This document shows, one piece after another, positions 25,994 to 39,169 of a stretch of 64,000 nucleotides of DNA. The notes under the pieces are model-generated. The model did not search any database. It had not been told where the DNA came from and saw only the letters and a program-made list of their open reading frames with translations. Each line of letters starts with the position of its first letter. Position 1 is the stretch's first letter. The stretch is from assembly GCF_041886205.1 (NCBI RefSeq), contig NZ_CP169029.1. The stretch is one strand, 5' to 3'. Both the position numbers and the translations under genes were made by a program. The DNA comes from Escherichia coli (GTDB lineage: Bacteria > Pseudomonadota > Gammaproteobacteria > Enterobacterales > Enterobacteriaceae).

Positions 25994-27721
25994 TTAGCAG
26001 ATTGTTTTTTCTTCAATGAACTTGTTAACCAGCGTCATTAACTCGTCCGTTGTCGGTTGAGCAAGAGCCTGCTCTGCTAACACCTTCGCATCTTCGAAGT
26101 TCGTGTTACGGATAATCTTCTTAATGCGCGGGATAGAAATGGCGCTCATAGAGAATTCGTCCAGACCCATCCCCAGCAACAGAAGTGTAGCACGTTCATC
26201 GCCAGCAAGCTCACCACACATGCCAGTCCATTTGCCTTCAGCATGAGAAGCATCAATAACTTGCTTGATCAAGTTCAGCACGGACGGTGACATTGGCTGG
26301 TAAAGGTGTGAAATCATATCATTACCACGGTCAACTGCCAGAGTGTACTGCGTTAAATCATTGGTGCCGATACTAAAGAAATCAACTTCTTTGGCTAAAT
26401 GACGTGCAATTGTTGCGGCAGCCGGTGTTTCCACCATTACGCCGATTTCAATTGACTCGTCAAACGCTTTACCTTCGTCGCGCAGTTCCTGTTTGTAGAT
26501 TTCAATCTCTTTGCGCAGTGTACGCACTTCTTCAACAGAGATGATCATCGGGAACATAATGCGCAATTTACCGAAAGCCGAGGCACGCAGGATAGCGCGG
26601 AGCTGATCGCGCAGGATCTCTTTACGATCCATCGCGATACGGATAGCGCGCCAGCCGAGGAACGGGTTCTCTTCTTTCGGGAAGTTCATGTATGGCAGCT
26701 CTTTGTCGCCGCCGATGTCCATGGTACGAACGATAACCGCCTGCGAGCCACACGCTTCAGCCACTGCTTTGTAAGCAGCAAACTGTTCTTCTTCAGTGGG
26801 CAGCGCGTCGCGGTCCATGAACAGGAACTCAGTACGATACAGACCAACGCCTTCAGCGCCGTTACGCTCTGCACCTTCAACGTCACGAACCGTACCAATG
26901 TTAGCGCACACTTCTACCTGGTGACCGTCCAGCGTAATAGCTGGCAGATCTTTCAGTTTAGCAAGCTCTGCTTTTTCAGAAGCCACTTGCTCCTGAACAG
27001 CGCGCATTTTATCAATAACTTCGTTGGTTGGATTGACGTAAACCTGATTATTTACGGCATCCAGAATCAGATAGTCGTCATTTTTCACCTGAGAGGTGAC
27101 GCTACCGGTACCCACGATAGCAGGCAGTTCCAGAGAACGCGCCATGATAGAGGTGTGGGAAGTACGGCCACCCGCGTCGGTGATGAAACCCAGCACCTTC
27201 TTCAGGTTCAGCTGTGCGGTTTCGGACGGCGTCAGGTCAGCGGCAACCAGAATGACTTCATCCTGAATGGCGCTCAGGTCGATAATCTTCAGGCCCAGGA
27301 TGTTGCGCAGCAGGCGCTTACCGATATCACGTACGTCAGCCGCACGTTCTTTCAGGTATTCATCATCCAGCTCTTCCAGGGCAGAAGCCTGACCTTCGAT
27401 AACTTCATGAGCAGCTGCGTCAGCTGTCATGTGCTTATCTTTAATCAGGGCTATGATTTCCTGCTCCAGCTCCTCATCTTCGAGCAGCATAATATGCCCT
27501 TCAAAGATGGCTTCTTTTTCTTCACCGAACGTTTCACCAGCTTTCGTTTTGATCGTTTCCAGCTGGGCTGATGCCTTGGCACGACCGCTCAGAAAACGTT
27601 CAACTTCCTGATCAACCTGGTCGGCAGAAATTTTTTTCCGGTCAATGACAATTTCGTCTTCTTTCAGAAGCAGAGCTTTACCGAAAGCGATACCCGGGGA
27701 TGCTAAAATGCCTGAAATCAT
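25994..27721 (-). CDS. ptsI: PTS Enzyme I (PEP-protein phosphotransferase) PtsI
   Basis: 575 aa; recognised sequence. Confidence 0.97.
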   Translation of the reverse strand: MISGILASPGIAFGKALLLKEDEIVIDRKKISADQVDQEVERFLSGRAKASAQLETIKTKAGETFGEEKEAIFEGHIMLLEDEELEQEIIALIKDKHMTADAAAHEVIEGQASALEELDDEYLKERAADVRDIGKRLLRNILGLKIIDLSAIQDEVILVAADLTPSETAQLNLKKVLGFITDAGGRTSHTSIMARSLELPAIVGTGSVTSQVKNDDYLILDAVNNQVYVNPTNEVIDKMRAVQEQVASEKAELAKLKDLPAITLDGHQVEVCANIGTVRDVEGAERNGAEGVGLYRTEFLFMDRDALPTEEEQFAAYKAVAEACGSQAVIVRTMDIGGDKELPYMNFPKEENPFLGWRAIRIAMDRKEILRDQLRAILRASAFGKLRIMFPMIISVEEVRTLRKEIEIYKQELRDEGKAFDESIEIGVMVETPAAATIARHLAKEVDFFSIGTNDLTQYTLAVDRGNDMISHLYQPMSPSVLNLIKQVIDASHAEGKWTGMCGELAGDERATLLLLGMGLDEFSMSAISIPRIKKIIRNTNFEDAKVLAEQALAQPTTDELMTLVNKFIEEKTIC

Positions 27722-27765
27722 AACCCTACCTTACTTGTGACTGATTTTTAAAAGAACCCGGGAAA

Positions 27766-28023
27766 TTACTCGAGTTCCGCCATCAGTTTAACCAGATGTT
27801 CAACCGCTTTCTGCTCGTCTTCGCCTTCTGCGGAGATAGTCACAACGGTACCTTGAGTCAGGCCCAGAGTCTGCAGTTTAAACAGGCTTTTCGCGCTGGC
27901 GCTTTTGCCGTTGGAAGTCACAGTAATTTCAGAAGTGAAGCCCTTAGCTTCTTTTACAAACTGGGCAGCAGGGCGGGTGTGCAGACCGTTCGGAGCGGTA
28001 ATGGTAACTTCTTGCTGGAACAT
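27766..28023 (-). CDS. ptsH: Phosphocarrier protein HPr
   Basis: 85 aa; sequence [23 protein letters not shown] matches HPr. Confidence 0.97.
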
Positions 28024-28355
28024 TGTATTTCCCCAACTTATAGGTTTAGTGTTGTGGAACTAAAGTCTAGTCTGGCGGTTCGACTTTAGCCTGGATAGTT
28101 AGCGCCAGTTTTTAACAGACGCGACGCACGAAGAGCGCAATACAGTCCATTGCTGGCGGGTGTTGACCGCTGACGTTTCGTACGTCATTAAACATTATGC
28201 CGCTAAAGGAAGAATTGAACCAAATCATAAAATCGATTCAGCTTTGGCTTTTCCTGTAACGATTAATTTCGCGCATCAAAATAATTAGTCTGGTTAAATA
28301 CCAGTTCCGACAGGCTGAATCAATGCCAGGAGGGGCGAAAGTTTGAAGCAGGCCA

Positions 28356-28386
28356 CAAAAAAGCACCTGAAAAGGTGCTTTTTTAC
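28356..28386. terminator. Intrinsic terminator downstream of cysK (hairpin AGCACC...GGTGCT with flanking A/T tracts)
   Basis: Inverted repeat flanked by A6 and T6. Confidence 0.65.
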
Positions 28387-28406
28387 GCATTTTTAACAAG
28401 CTGGCA

Positions 28407-29378
28407 TTACTGTTGCAACTCTTTCTCAGTGAAGAGATCGGCAAACAATGCGGTGCTTAAATAACGCTCACCCGATGATGGTAGAATAACCACAATATTC
28501 TTGTTGGTAAAGCTTTCATCTTCTTGTAGTTTCAACGCTGCGGCAACAGCTGCTCCAGAAGAGATACCTGCAAGAATACCTTCTTCTTCCATTAGACGAC
28601 GGGCGGTAGAAATGGCTTCTTCATTGGTGATGCCAATGACTTTATCGACCAGCTTGAGATCGAGGTTAGCCGGGATAAAACCAGCGCCAATACCCTGAAT
28701 TTTATGCGGGCCAGGTTTAATCTCTTCACCTGCCAGCGCCTGGGCGATAACTGGAGAATCGGTTGGCTCAACGGCGACAGAGATAAGATCGGTCTTGCCT
28801 TTAGTGCCTTTAATGTAGCGGCTAACGCCAGTCAGCGTACCGCCAGTCCCAACGCCAGCAATAAATACATCAACCTGACCGTCGGTATCTTCCCAGATCT
28901 CCGGACCGGTGGTTTTTTCGTGAATTTCAGGGTTTGCCGGATTGCTGAATTGTTGCAGCAGCAGGTATTTATCTGGATTGCTGGCGACAATTTCTTCTGC
29001 TTTTTGGATTGCGCCTTTCATGCCTTTAGCACCTTCGGTCAGCACCAGGTTTGCACCTAACGCTTTCAGCAGCTTGCGGCGTTCAATACTCATGGTTTCT
29101 GGCATGGTCAGGGTAAGTTTGTAACCGCGAGCGGCAGCGACATAGGCCAGTGCAATCCCGGTATTACCGCTGGTTGGTTCAACCAGTTCAACGCCTGGTT
29201 TAAGCACGCCGCGCTTTTCGGCATCCCAAATCATGTTGGCACCGATACGGCACTTAACGCTGAAGCTGGGGTTACGAGATTCCACCTTCGCCAGAATGCG
29301 TCCGTTACCGATGCGATTCAGGCGAACCAGCGGCGTGTGACCGATAGTCAGCGAGTTATCTTCAAAAATCTTACTCAT
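28407..29378 (-). CDS. cysK: Cysteine synthase A (O-acetylserine sulfhydrylase A) CysK
   Basis: 323 aa; recognised sequence. Confidence 0.95.
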   Translation of the reverse strand: MSKIFEDNSLTIGHTPLVRLNRIGNGRILAKVESRNPSFSVKCRIGANMIWDAEKRGVLKPGVELVEPTSGNTGIALAYVAAARGYKLTLTMPETMSIERRKLLKALGANLVLTEGAKGMKGAIQKAEEIVASNPDKYLLLQQFSNPANPEIHEKTTGPEIWEDTDGQVDVFIAGVGTGGTLTGVSRYIKGTKGKTDLISVAVEPTDSPVIAQALAGEEIKPGPHKIQGIGAGFIPANLDLKLVDKVIGITNEEAISTARRLMEEEGILAGISSGAAVAAALKLQEDESFTNKNIVVILPSSGERYLSTALFADLFTEKELQQ

Positions 29379-29562
29379 GGCCTGTCCTTAACTGTATGAA
29401 ATTGGGATACAACAGGTAGCATACCCGCTCAGAGAATATGCGGAAGTAAGGATTTAGCATATCTATATGCAGAAGGGAAATAATGACATGCAAGATGGAA
29501 TAAGGGGCGGCATAAGCCACCCCTGTTTCACACAAGCGGTTTACAAAATAACCGGTAGATTG

Positions 29563-30324
29563 TTACCGCCACATCGCGTGTTTATCGCGATAGCAATCGA
29601 CCCACATCGCCGTCGCGCCACAAACGGCAACGGGCATGATGAACAGATTAAGCAGAGGGATCATCGTAAACAGGCTGGTTAAAGCACCAAACTGCATATT
29701 GGTGATTTTGCGTGTGCGCAGGGCGGTGCGCATCTCTTTAAACGGCACTTTGTGGTTATCGAAGGGGTAATCGCAATACTGGATGGCTAACATCCAGGCG
29801 CTAAACAGGAACCACAGTACCGGCGCGACGGTTTGCCCAATACCAGGGATGAAGTAAAGAATTAGTAATACAATTGCGCGCGGCAGATACCAGGCAAATT
29901 TTTGCCATTCGCGTTTCATGATTCGCGGCACATCTTTCATGATACCGAAAATCCCGGTATCTGGCGGTGTAGCGCCAGTCAATCGTGCTTCCAGTTGTTC
30001 AGCCAATAAACCGTTAAACGGAGCGGCAATCCAGTTAGCAATCGTGGAGAAGAAATAGCCAAACACTAACAGCACAGAGATGACAGCCAGAGGCCACAAC
30101 AGATAGCTCAGCCATTGTAACCAGTCCGGAACATAACTCATGAGAGTCGGGATCCAGACATCGAGTTGCGTAAAGAGCCACCAGAATGCGCCCCCCATCA
30201 ACAAAATATTGACCAGCAGCGGTAAAATAACGAAACGCCGAATCCCAGGTTGCGAGACGAGCTTCCAGCCTTGCGCAAAATAGTAAAAACCGCTGCGTGG
30301 GGCAGATGTGAATGATGAAACCAT
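29563..30324 (-). CDS. cysZ: Sulfate transporter CysZ
   Basis: 253 aa; polytopic membrane protein; synteny. Confidence 0.88.
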
Positions 30325-30553
30325 AATCAGGATGAGCTCCTTTTGACCAATCCCAGGAAAATTCTGCGTATTTTACCGGGTAATTGCGCAATGGACAGTT
30401 AGGATATGTTCGAAAAAACAGCAAAAAGCACGATTTCATCTATCTTTGTGCTGTGAAAGTTAATAGTGCACTTGCACTTGAGGTAATCGGCAAATACTCT
30501 TAGTGAGTAAATGTTTGCCGTGGTGGCAAGGTGTTAGAACAACAGAGAATATA

Positions 30554-31540
30554 ATGATGCAGGATTTGCGTCTGATATTAATCATTGTTGGCGCGATCGC
30601 CATAATCGCTTTACTGGTACATGGTTTCTGGACCAGCCGTAAAGAACGATCTTCTATGTTCCGCGATCGGCCATTAAAACGAATGAAGTCAAAACGTGAC
30701 GACGATTCTTATGACGAGGATGTCGAAGATGATGAGGGCGTTGGTGAGGTTCGAGTTCACCGCGTGAATCATGCCCCGGCTAACGCCCAGGAGCATGAGG
30801 CTGCTCGTCCGTCGCCGCAACACCAGTACCAACCGCCTTATGCGTCTGCCCAGCCGCGTCAACCGGTCCAGCAGCCGCCTGAAGCGCAGGTACCGCCGCA
30901 ACATGCTCCGCGTCCAGCGCAGCCGGTGCAGCAGCCTGCCTATCAGCCGCAGCCTGAACAGCCGTTGCAGCAGCCAGTTTCGCCACAGGTCGCATCAGCG
31001 CCGCAGCCAGTGCATTCAGCACCGCAACCGGCACAACAGGCTTTCCAGCCTGCAGAACCTGTAGCGGCACCACAGCCTGAGCCTGTAGCGGAACCGGCTC
31101 CAGTTATGGATAAACCGAAGCGCAAAGAAGCGGTGGTTATCATGAACGTCGCGGCGCATCACGGTAGCGAGCTAAACGGTGAACTGCTTCTTAACAGCAT
31201 TCAACAAGCGGGCTTCATTTTTGGCGATATGAATATTTACCATCGTCATCTTAGCCCGGATGGCAGCGGCCCGGCGTTATTTAGCCTGGCGAATATGGTG
31301 AAACCGGGAACCTTTGATCCTGAAATGAAGGATTTCACTACTCCGGGTGTCACTATCTTTATGCAGGTACCGTCTTACGGTGACGAGCTGCAGAACTTCA
31401 AGCTGATGCTGCAATCTGCGCAGCATATTGCCGATGAAGTCGGCGGTGTAGTGCTTGACGATCAGCGCCGTATGATGACTCCGCAGAAATTGCGCGAGTA
31501 CCAGGACATCATCCGCGAAGTCAAAGACGCCAACGCCTGA
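30554..31540 (+). CDS. zipA: Cell division protein ZipA (N-terminal TM anchor, P/Q-rich linker, FtsZ-binding domain)
   Basis: ORF track 30503..31540; ATG-ATG at 30554 gives 328 aa ([17 protein letters not shown]); long P/Q-rich linker. Confidence 0.9.
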   Translation: MMQDLRLILIIVGAIAIIALLVHGFWTSRKERSSMFRDRPLKRMKSKRDDDSYDEDVEDDEGVGEVRVHRVNHAPANAQEHEAARPSPQHQYQPPYASAQPRQPVQQPPEAQVPPQHAPRPAQPVQQPAYQPQPEQPLQQPVSPQVASAPQPVHSAPQPAQQAFQPAEPVAAPQPEPVAEPAPVMDKPKRKEAVVIMNVAAHHGSELNGELLLNSIQQAGFIFGDMNIYHRHLSPDGSGPALFSLANMVKPGTFDPEMKDFTTPGVTIFMQVPSYGDELQNFKLMLQSAQHIADEVGGVVLDDQRRMMTPQKLREYQDIIREVKDANA

Positions 31541-31570
31541 TACACTTAAGGCAAATTAACTCCTCTTCGA

Positions 31571-31593
31571 ACCCCCGCTTGTCGGGGGTTTTT
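31571..31593 (+). terminator. Intrinsic terminator after zipA
   Basis: Hairpin ACCCCCG-CTTGT-CGGGGGT then TTTTT. Confidence 0.65.
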
Positions 31594-31601
31594 AGCATTG
31601 A

Positions 31602-33626
<2,025 letters not shown>

Positions 33627-33627
33627 G

Positions 33628-33846
33628 ATGGAAAAAGAGCAGCTGATTGAAATAGCCAATACGATAATGCCGTTTGGCAAATACAAAGGGCGTCGCTTAA
33701 TCGACCTGCCGGAGGAGTATCTGCTGTGGTTTGCCCGCAAAGATGAGTTCCCGGCAGGGAAGCTCGGTGAGCTAATGCAAATCACGCTGCTGATTAAAAC
33801 CGAGGGGCTGACGCAACTGGTCCAGCCCCTGAAGCGTCCGCTTTAA
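33628..33846 (+). CDS. ypeB: Small protein YpeB (DUF3820-like)
   Basis: ORF track 33535..33846; ATG at 33628 one nt after the ligA stop gives 72 aa. Confidence 0.7.
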   Translation: MEKEQLIEIANTIMPFGKYKGRRLIDLPEEYLLWFARKDEFPAGKLGELMQITLLIKTEGLTQLVQPLKRPL

Positions 33847-34841
33847 GCTTTATCGGCGCTGCTTTCCTGCTGCGCCTGTAACTGTTCGGTCTGGCGTTTA
33901 TATCGACGCGCCAGCACCGCACAGACCATCAATTGGATCTGATGGAAAATCATCAGGGGCAGCACCATCATACCGATCACCGATGTGGGGAACAGAATGT
34001 TTGCCATCGGGATGCCATTTGCCAGACTCTTTTTCGAACCACAAAAGACGATAGTAATTTCATCTGCTTTATTGAAGCCCAGTCGGCGTGCCATAAAGAC
34101 GTTAACTACAATCACGATAGCCAGAAGAACGCAGCTGACCACCACGATAAACAGCAATGATCCCCAGCCAACTTTATGCCAGATACCATTAACGACGGCT
34201 TCGCTGAACGCTGTATAAACCACCAACAGAATGGACGTCTGGTCAGTTTTCGCAATCCATTTTTTATTGCGCGACACCCAGTCACCAATCCACGGCCGGG
34301 AAAGATGCCCCAACACAAACGGCAGCAGCAGTTGCAGCATAATTTTACCGACCTGCTCAAGGCTGCCCCCTGCACCGTGAACATTCATCACCAGACCAAC
34401 CAGCAATGGTGAAAGGAAAATCCCCAGCAGGCTGGATGCTGACGCAGAACAAACCGCCGCCGCGACGTTACCGCCCGCCATTGACGTGAAGGCGATTGCA
34501 GACTGCACGGTAGCCGGGAGAATGCACAAGTAGAGAAAACCGGAGTAGAGCATCGGGTCGACATTTACCGGTTTCCACCAGGCAAACAGTACACCCAGAA
34601 TCGGAAACAGCACGAAGGTGCTGCACATTACCCACAAATGCAGTCGCCAGTGACCACCGCCAGCAATAATCGCCTCACGCGACAACTTCGCGCCGTGCAT
34701 AAAGAACAGCAGGGCAATAGCTGCGGTGGTCAGATTTTCAAAGAAGGGGACGAAATCGCCTCTGGCCGGAAAGAAAGAGGCCAGCAACACCACCGTGATC
34801 AGGGTTAAGGTGAAAGGATCGAGGATACGAAAAAGTTTCAT
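33843..34841 (-). CDS. yfeH: Bile acid:sodium symporter-family membrane transporter YfeH
   Basis: 332 aa; polytopic; 3' end overlaps ypeB by 4 nt (convergent). Confidence 0.8.
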   Translation of the reverse strand: MKLFRILDPFTLTLITVVLLASFFPARGDFVPFFENLTTAAIALLFFMHGAKLSREAIIAGGGHWRLHLWVMCSTFVLFPILGVLFAWWKPVNVDPMLYSGFLYLCILPATVQSAIAFTSMAGGNVAAAVCSASASSLLGIFLSPLLVGLVMNVHGAGGSLEQVGKIMLQLLLPFVLGHLSRPWIGDWVSRNKKWIAKTDQTSILLVVYTAFSEAVVNGIWHKVGWGSLLFIVVVSCVLLAIVIVVNVFMARRLGFNKADEITIVFCGSKKSLANGIPMANILFPTSVIGMMVLPLMIFHQIQLMVCAVLARRYKRQTEQLQAQQESSADKA

Positions 34842-34930
34842 AAAGACTCCAGATGATCGATGGTTCTATTGTGCTTCTTCCAGTTTGAGAAATAAAATTG
34901 ATTTATTGCATCCATTCATGAAGAAAACAG

Positions 34931-35857
34931 ATGAATTATTCTTTAAAACAATTAAAGGTTTTCGTCACAGTAGCGCAGGAGAAAAGTTTTAGTCGTGCAG
35001 GAGAGCGTATCGGCTTGAGCCAGTCGGCAGTAAGTCACAGTGTGAAGGAGCTGGAAAATCATACTGGTGTTCGCCTGCTGGACAGAACCACGCGTGAAGT
35101 GGTGCTTACAGATGCAGGGCAGCAGTTGGCTTTGCGTCTTGAGCGACTGCTGGATGAACTTAACAGCACGTTGCGCGATACCGGGCGTATGGGGCAACAA
35201 CTGAGCGGAAAAGTTCGGGTCGCTGCCAGCCAGACCATTTCCGCGCATCTTATTCCGCAATGCATTGCTGAAAGCCATCGCCGCTATCCAGATATTCAGT
35301 TTGTCCTGCACGATCGTCCGCAGCAGTGGGTGATGGAAAGTATTCGCCAGGGAGATGTCGACTTTGGCATCGTCATCGATCCAGGCCCAGTGGGCGATCT
35401 GCAATGTGAAGCGATTCTTTCCGAGCCTTTCTTTCTGCTTTGCCATCGCGATAGCGCTTTGGCCGTGGAAGATTATGTACCCTGGCAGGCATTGCAGGGA
35501 GCGAAATTGGTGTTGCAGGATTACGCGTCAGGCAGCCGACCGCTGATTGACGCAGCGCTGGCGCGCAATGGTATTCAGGCGAATATTGTGCAGGAGATTG
35601 GACATCCGGCGACGCTGTTCCCGATGGTAGCCGCAGGCATCGGCATCAGTATTCTTCCCGCACTGGCGCTACCATTGCCTGAAGGTAGCCCACTGGTGGT
35701 AAAGCGCATTACGCCGGTTGTTGAACGCCAGTTGATGCTGGTGCGCAGGAAGAACCGTTCACTTTCCACCGCCGCTGAAGCGTTATGGGACGTGGTACGA
35801 GACCAGGGCAATGCGCTAATGGCTGGTCGGGAAGGGGATCCGTTGTATCAGATATAG
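34931..35857 (+). CDS. yfeR: LysR-family transcriptional regulator YfeR
   Basis: 308 aa; N-terminal LysR HTH. Confidence 0.82.
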
Positions 35858-36189
35858 ATATCGATATGAGTCGTTTTTTCAACAGGATTTAGAAGGGATA
35901 CATTCAGAGACAAACGCTGCTCTTTCTCCTGCGCCTTTTCTGCCTGCTGTTTCTGCAACTGCGCCAGTTGTGTTTCCAGTAGGGTGATTTGCTGTTGAAT
36001 CAATTCGGCCTGTTTTTGCTTGTCTTCAGCACTGCCGCTAGTGTCTACAATCTCTTTAATTTGTTGAGTGAGTTTGATGATTTGCTGACTTATCCGCGCG
36101 ATTTGTGAAGCAACATCGCTACCTTGTGATGCCCTGTTACTACTCTGTGTTTGTATGGAAGGAATTGAAGTTGAAGAGATAGTGGCCAT
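35848..36189 (-). CDS. FlxA-like small glutamine-rich coiled-coil protein (hypothetical)
   Basis: 113-aa ORF with GAGGA SD 7 nt upstream of ATG; Q/K/L/I-rich heptad pattern resembling FlxA-family proteins; sigma-28-like promoter upstream; 3' end overlaps yfeR by 10 nt. Confidence 0.55.
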
Positions 36190-36217
36190 TGTTCAGTCCT
36201 CGTCACTGTACGAGGTA

Positions 36218-36244
36218 ATATCGGTAGAAGAACAAGGAACTTGA
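36218..36244 (-). promoter_or_regulatory. Putative sigma-28 (FliA) promoter for the FlxA-like ORF: TCAAGTTC-N11-ACCGATAT
   Basis: 6/8 and 6/8 matches to TAAAGTTT-N11-GCCGATAA with the correct 11-nt spacer, about 30 nt upstream of the ATG. Confidence 0.35.
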
Positions 36245-36269
36245 GAAGAAAAATCAATCTTACAAATCG

Positions 36270-36308
36270 CAGATAGCAAAAAAGCGCCTTTAGGGCGCTT
36301 TTTTACAT
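36270..36308. terminator. Bidirectional intrinsic terminator ending the tRNA operon
   Basis: Hairpin GCGCC-TTTA-GGGCGC flanked by A6 and T6 immediately 3' of tRNA-Lys. Confidence 0.7.
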
Positions 36309-36384
36309 TGGTGGGTCGTGCAGGATTCGAACCTGCGACCAATTGATTAAAAGTCAACTGCTCTACCAACTGAGCTAACGACCC
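36309..36384 (-). tRNA. lysV: tRNA-Lys (anticodon UUU)
   Basis: 76-nt match to the tRNA-Lys sequence, including CCA. Confidence 0.95.
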
Positions 36385-36388
36385 GAAG

Positions 36389-36464
36389 TGGTGGGTGATG
36401 ACGGGATCGAACCGCCGACCCCCTCCTTGTAAGGGAGGTGCTCTCCCAGCTGAGCTAATCACCC
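36389..36464 (-). tRNA. valY: tRNA-Val (anticodon UAC)
   Basis: 76-nt tRNA-Val sequence; one of three identical tandem copies. Confidence 0.93.
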
Positions 36465-36510
36465 ACTTCGGTACTTCACATTTTTACAAGAAATTTAGCT
36501 GGCGAAAAAG

Positions 36511-36586
36511 TGGTGGGTGATGACGGGATCGAACCGCCGACCCCCTCCTTGTAAGGGAGGTGCTCTCCCAGCTGAGCTAATCACCC
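36511..36586 (-). tRNA. valX: tRNA-Val (anticodon UAC)
   Basis: Identical copy. Confidence 0.93.
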
Positions 36587-36630
36587 ACTTCTCAATTTCT
36601 TGCTACACGGCGGAGACTACATAAAGTAGT

Positions 36631-36706
36631 TGGTGGGTGATGACGGGATCGAACCGCCGACCCCCTCCTTGTAAGGGAGGTGCTCTCCCAGCTGAGCTAA
36701 TCACCC
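36631..36706 (-). tRNA. valU: tRNA-Val (anticodon UAC)
   Basis: Identical copy; promoter-proximal. Confidence 0.93.
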
Positions 36707-36723
36707 CCGCTGTGTGGAGTCGC

Positions 36724-36751
36724 ATTATAGGGAGAGTTCAAAATGAGTCAA
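36724..36751 (-). promoter_or_regulatory. Sigma-70 promoter of the valU-valX-valY-lysV operon (TTGACT-N16-TATAAT) with GC-rich discriminator
   Basis: Near-consensus -35 and -10 hexamers about 17 nt upstream of the first tRNA. Confidence 0.6.
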
Positions 36752-36964
36752 CGCATTTTCTAAAGAAATTGTTCGTTCGTCGTAAATTTAAGCAAGATGA
36801 TCGCAAAACAGACCGTGTTGCGCAATTTGTCAACGAAAACAATAATGCGTAAGGTAGAAACCCGAACTACATTGAGGAATCAGGCGGGAGTGATAGAATA
36901 TCGCCCACTCAATTTTTCCAGGATTTGCCGGTTGTCGGCATCTTTCTAAACGTAAGGCCATTTC

Positions 36965-38380
36965 ATGAAAATCAAAACTCGCTTCGCGCCAAGCCCAACA
37001 GGCTATCTGCACGTTGGCGGCGCGCGTACTGCTCTTTACTCCTGGCTTTTTGCACGTAACCACGGCGGTGAGTTCGTGCTGCGTATTGAAGACACCGATC
37101 TTGAGCGTTCCACGCCGGAAGCTATCGAAGCCATTATGGATGGCATGAACTGGCTGAGCCTGGAGTGGGATGAAGGTCCGTACTACCAGACCAAACGTTT
37201 TGATCGCTACAACGCGGTGATCGATCAGATGCTGGAAGAGGGCACTGCTTATAAATGCTATTGCTCTAAAGAGCGCCTGGAAGCGCTGCGCGAAGAGCAA
37301 ATGGCGAAAGGTGAGAAGCCGCGTTATGACGGTCGCTGCCGCCACAGCCATGAGCATCACGCTGATGATGAACCGTGCGTTGTACGTTTTGCTAACCCGC
37401 AGGAAGGTTCTGTTGTTTTTGACGATCAGATCCGTGGTCCGATCGAGTTCAGCAACCAAGAGCTGGACGATCTTATTATCCGCCGTACCGATGGTTCCCC
37501 AACCTATAACTTCTGTGTGGTTGTCGATGACTGGGATATGGAAATCACCCACGTTATCCGTGGCGAAGACCATATCAACAACACGCCACGCCAGATCAAC
37601 ATTCTTAAGGCCCTGAAAGCGCCGGTGCCGGTTTACGCGCACGTTTCTATGATCAACGGCGATGACGGTAAAAAACTGTCCAAACGTCACGGGGCGGTCA
37701 GCGTAATGCAGTATCGTGATGACGGTTATTTGCCAGAAGCACTGCTGAACTATCTGGTGCGTCTGGGCTGGTCCCACGGCGATCAGGAAATCTTCACTCG
37801 TGAAGAGATGATCAAATACTTCACCCTGAATGCCGTCAGCAAATCTGCCAGTGCGTTCAACACCGACAAGCTGCTGTGGCTGAACCATCACTACATTAAC
37901 GCGCTGCCGCCGGAGTATGTTGCTACTCATTTACAGTGGCACATTGAGCAGGAAAATATCGATACCCGTAACGGCCCGCAGCTGGCTGATCTGGTGAAAT
38001 TGCTGGGCGAACGCTGCAAGACGCTGAAAGAGATGGCACAGAGCTGCCGTTATTTCTACGAAGATTTTGCTGAGTTCGATGCCGACGCCGCGAAAAAACA
38101 TCTGCGTCCGGTAGCGCGTCAGCCGCTGGAAGTAGTTCGTGACAAACTGGCCGCGATTACTGACTGGACCGCTGAAAACGTTCATCACGCTATTCAGGCG
38201 ACGGCGGATGAGCTGGAAGTGGGTATGGGTAAAGTTGGTATGCCGCTGCGTGTCGCCGTAACCGGTGCGGGGCAGTCTCCGGCACTGGATGTTACCGTTC
38301 ACGCAATTGGTAGGACCCGCAGTATCGAGCGTATCAACAAAGCGCTGGCTTTTATTGCTGAACGCGAAAATCAGCAGTAA
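36965..38380 (+). CDS. gltX: Glutamate--tRNA ligase (GluRS)
   Basis: 471 aa; class I HIGH motif (HVGGAR) and KMSKS-like KLSKR. Confidence 0.96.
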   Translation: MKIKTRFAPSPTGYLHVGGARTALYSWLFARNHGGEFVLRIEDTDLERSTPEAIEAIMDGMNWLSLEWDEGPYYQTKRFDRYNAVIDQMLEEGTAYKCYCSKERLEALREEQMAKGEKPRYDGRCRHSHEHHADDEPCVVRFANPQEGSVVFDDQIRGPIEFSNQELDDLIIRRTDGSPTYNFCVVVDDWDMEITHVIRGEDHINNTPRQINILKALKAPVPVYAHVSMINGDDGKKLSKRHGAVSVMQYRDDGYLPEALLNYLVRLGWSHGDQEIFTREEMIKYFTLNAVSKSASAFNTDKLLWLNHHYINALPPEYVATHLQWHIEQENIDTRNGPQLADLVKLLGERCKTLKEMAQSCRYFYEDFAEFDADAAKKHLRPVARQPLEVVRDKLAAITDWTAENVHHAIQATADELEVGMGKVGMPLRVAVTGAGQSPALDVTVHAIGRTRSIERINKALAFIAERENQQ

Positions 38381-38395
38381 TTAGCGCATAAAAGA

Positions 38396-38430
38396 TAAAC
38401 GGCAGGAGATAATATCCTGCCGTTTTTTAT
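38396..38430. terminator. Bidirectional intrinsic terminator between convergent gltX and yfeD
   Basis: Hairpin CGGCAGGA...TCCTGCCG followed by T6. Confidence 0.7.
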
Positions 38431-38823
38431 TTATGCTGATTCGTCAATATCGAGACGGGCGAGGAAATTGCGAATTCCTTCACGTGACAAAAATTGCGCG
38501 ACTTTTTCCTGCTCAATGTCTGTCATATTATCTATCGCGTTGATGATTTGTCGATACGCCGGGGCGCGTGCTCCAGGAGCGTATTCAGCAATTCTCTCTT
38601 CAGCTTCCATCAACATCGGTGTGTTATGGAAGGCTGGCGTGTTCTGAATAAACTCGCAAACTTGCGTATCGACCAGAATAAGTCTGGCACGACCGCCTTT
38701 CACGCCGGGAAATTTTTCCGTTTTCCAGCCTTTTTCTCTGATCCAACGGTTAACAGTTTGTTTAGCCACACCGAGGCATTCAGCCAGTTCTTCGGTGGTC
38801 ATTTTATTGCGTAATCTTTTCAT
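38431..38823 (-). CDS. yfeD: Putative DNA-binding protein YfeD (DUF1323)
   Basis: 130 aa; paralogous to adjacent yfeC (shared motif QTVNRWIRE / QTINKWVRKEGW). Confidence 0.78.
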   Translation of the reverse strand: MKRLRNKMTTEELAECLGVAKQTVNRWIREKGWKTEKFPGVKGGRARLILVDTQVCEFIQNTPAFHNTPMLMEAEERIAEYAPGARAPAYRQIINAIDNMTDIEQEKVAQFLSREGIRNFLARLDIDESA

Positions 38824-38824
38824 A

Positions 38825-39169
38825 TTATTTGCTATCGCGAATCCCTAAGCGTTGTAACAATCCGATAATCCCTTCCCGCAGAAGCAAGGATGTAAACTGT
38901 TTTTGTTCAACTGGCGTCATCTCTTTCGCCAGTGTCACCAGCAATACTTCAAGCGGCGCATCACCAGAAAGGGCAGGCGCTTCTCCCTGACCTTCTGGAC
39001 GTTCAGCATTACGAATATATTCACGAACCTGTTCATTGACGTGAACCAGTCGGGCTTTGCCACCCTGGACGCCTGGTTTTGGTGACGTCGTCCAGCCTTC
39101 CTTGCGTACCCATTTATTAATGGTCTGGCGGCTATAGCCGGTCAGTCTGGCAAGTTCATCTGGCGTCAT
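38825..39169 (-). CDS. yfeC: Putative DNA-binding protein YfeC (DUF1323)
   Basis: ORF track 38825..39184; internal ATG gives 114 aa (MTPDELARLTGY); start choice uncertain. Confidence 0.72.
   Translation of the reverse strand: MTPDELARLTGYSRQTINKWVRKEGWTTSPKPGVQGGKARLVHVNEQVREYIRNAERPEGQGEAPALSGDAPLEVLLVTLAKEMTPVEQKQFTSLLLREGIIGLLQRLGIRDSK

Noticed and set aside
28024-28406. Possible small RNA or extra gene in the 383-bp ptsH-cysK intergenic region (including 68-aa ORF 28238..28444)
   Set aside because: The region is expected to carry the complex ptsH promoters and the cysK terminator; the ORF overlaps the cysK 3' end with no SD. No conserved-structure evidence I can verify by eye.
30771-31143. 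Several overlapping ORFs on both strands (30771..31064 +, 30780..31073 -, 30943..31143 -) with repetitive R-, A- or C/G-rich translations
   Set aside because: They lie inside the P/Q-rich linker of zipA; the repetitive GC-rich codons (CAG/CCG/GCG) keep all frames open. Artefacts of low-complexity coding sequence.
36389-36706. Three evenly spaced identical ~76-bp repeats, which could superficially resemble a CRISPR-like array
   Set aside because: They are three tRNA-Val genes with clear cloverleaf sequence and CCA ends; spacers are of unequal length (46 and 44 bp) and no cas genes are nearby.
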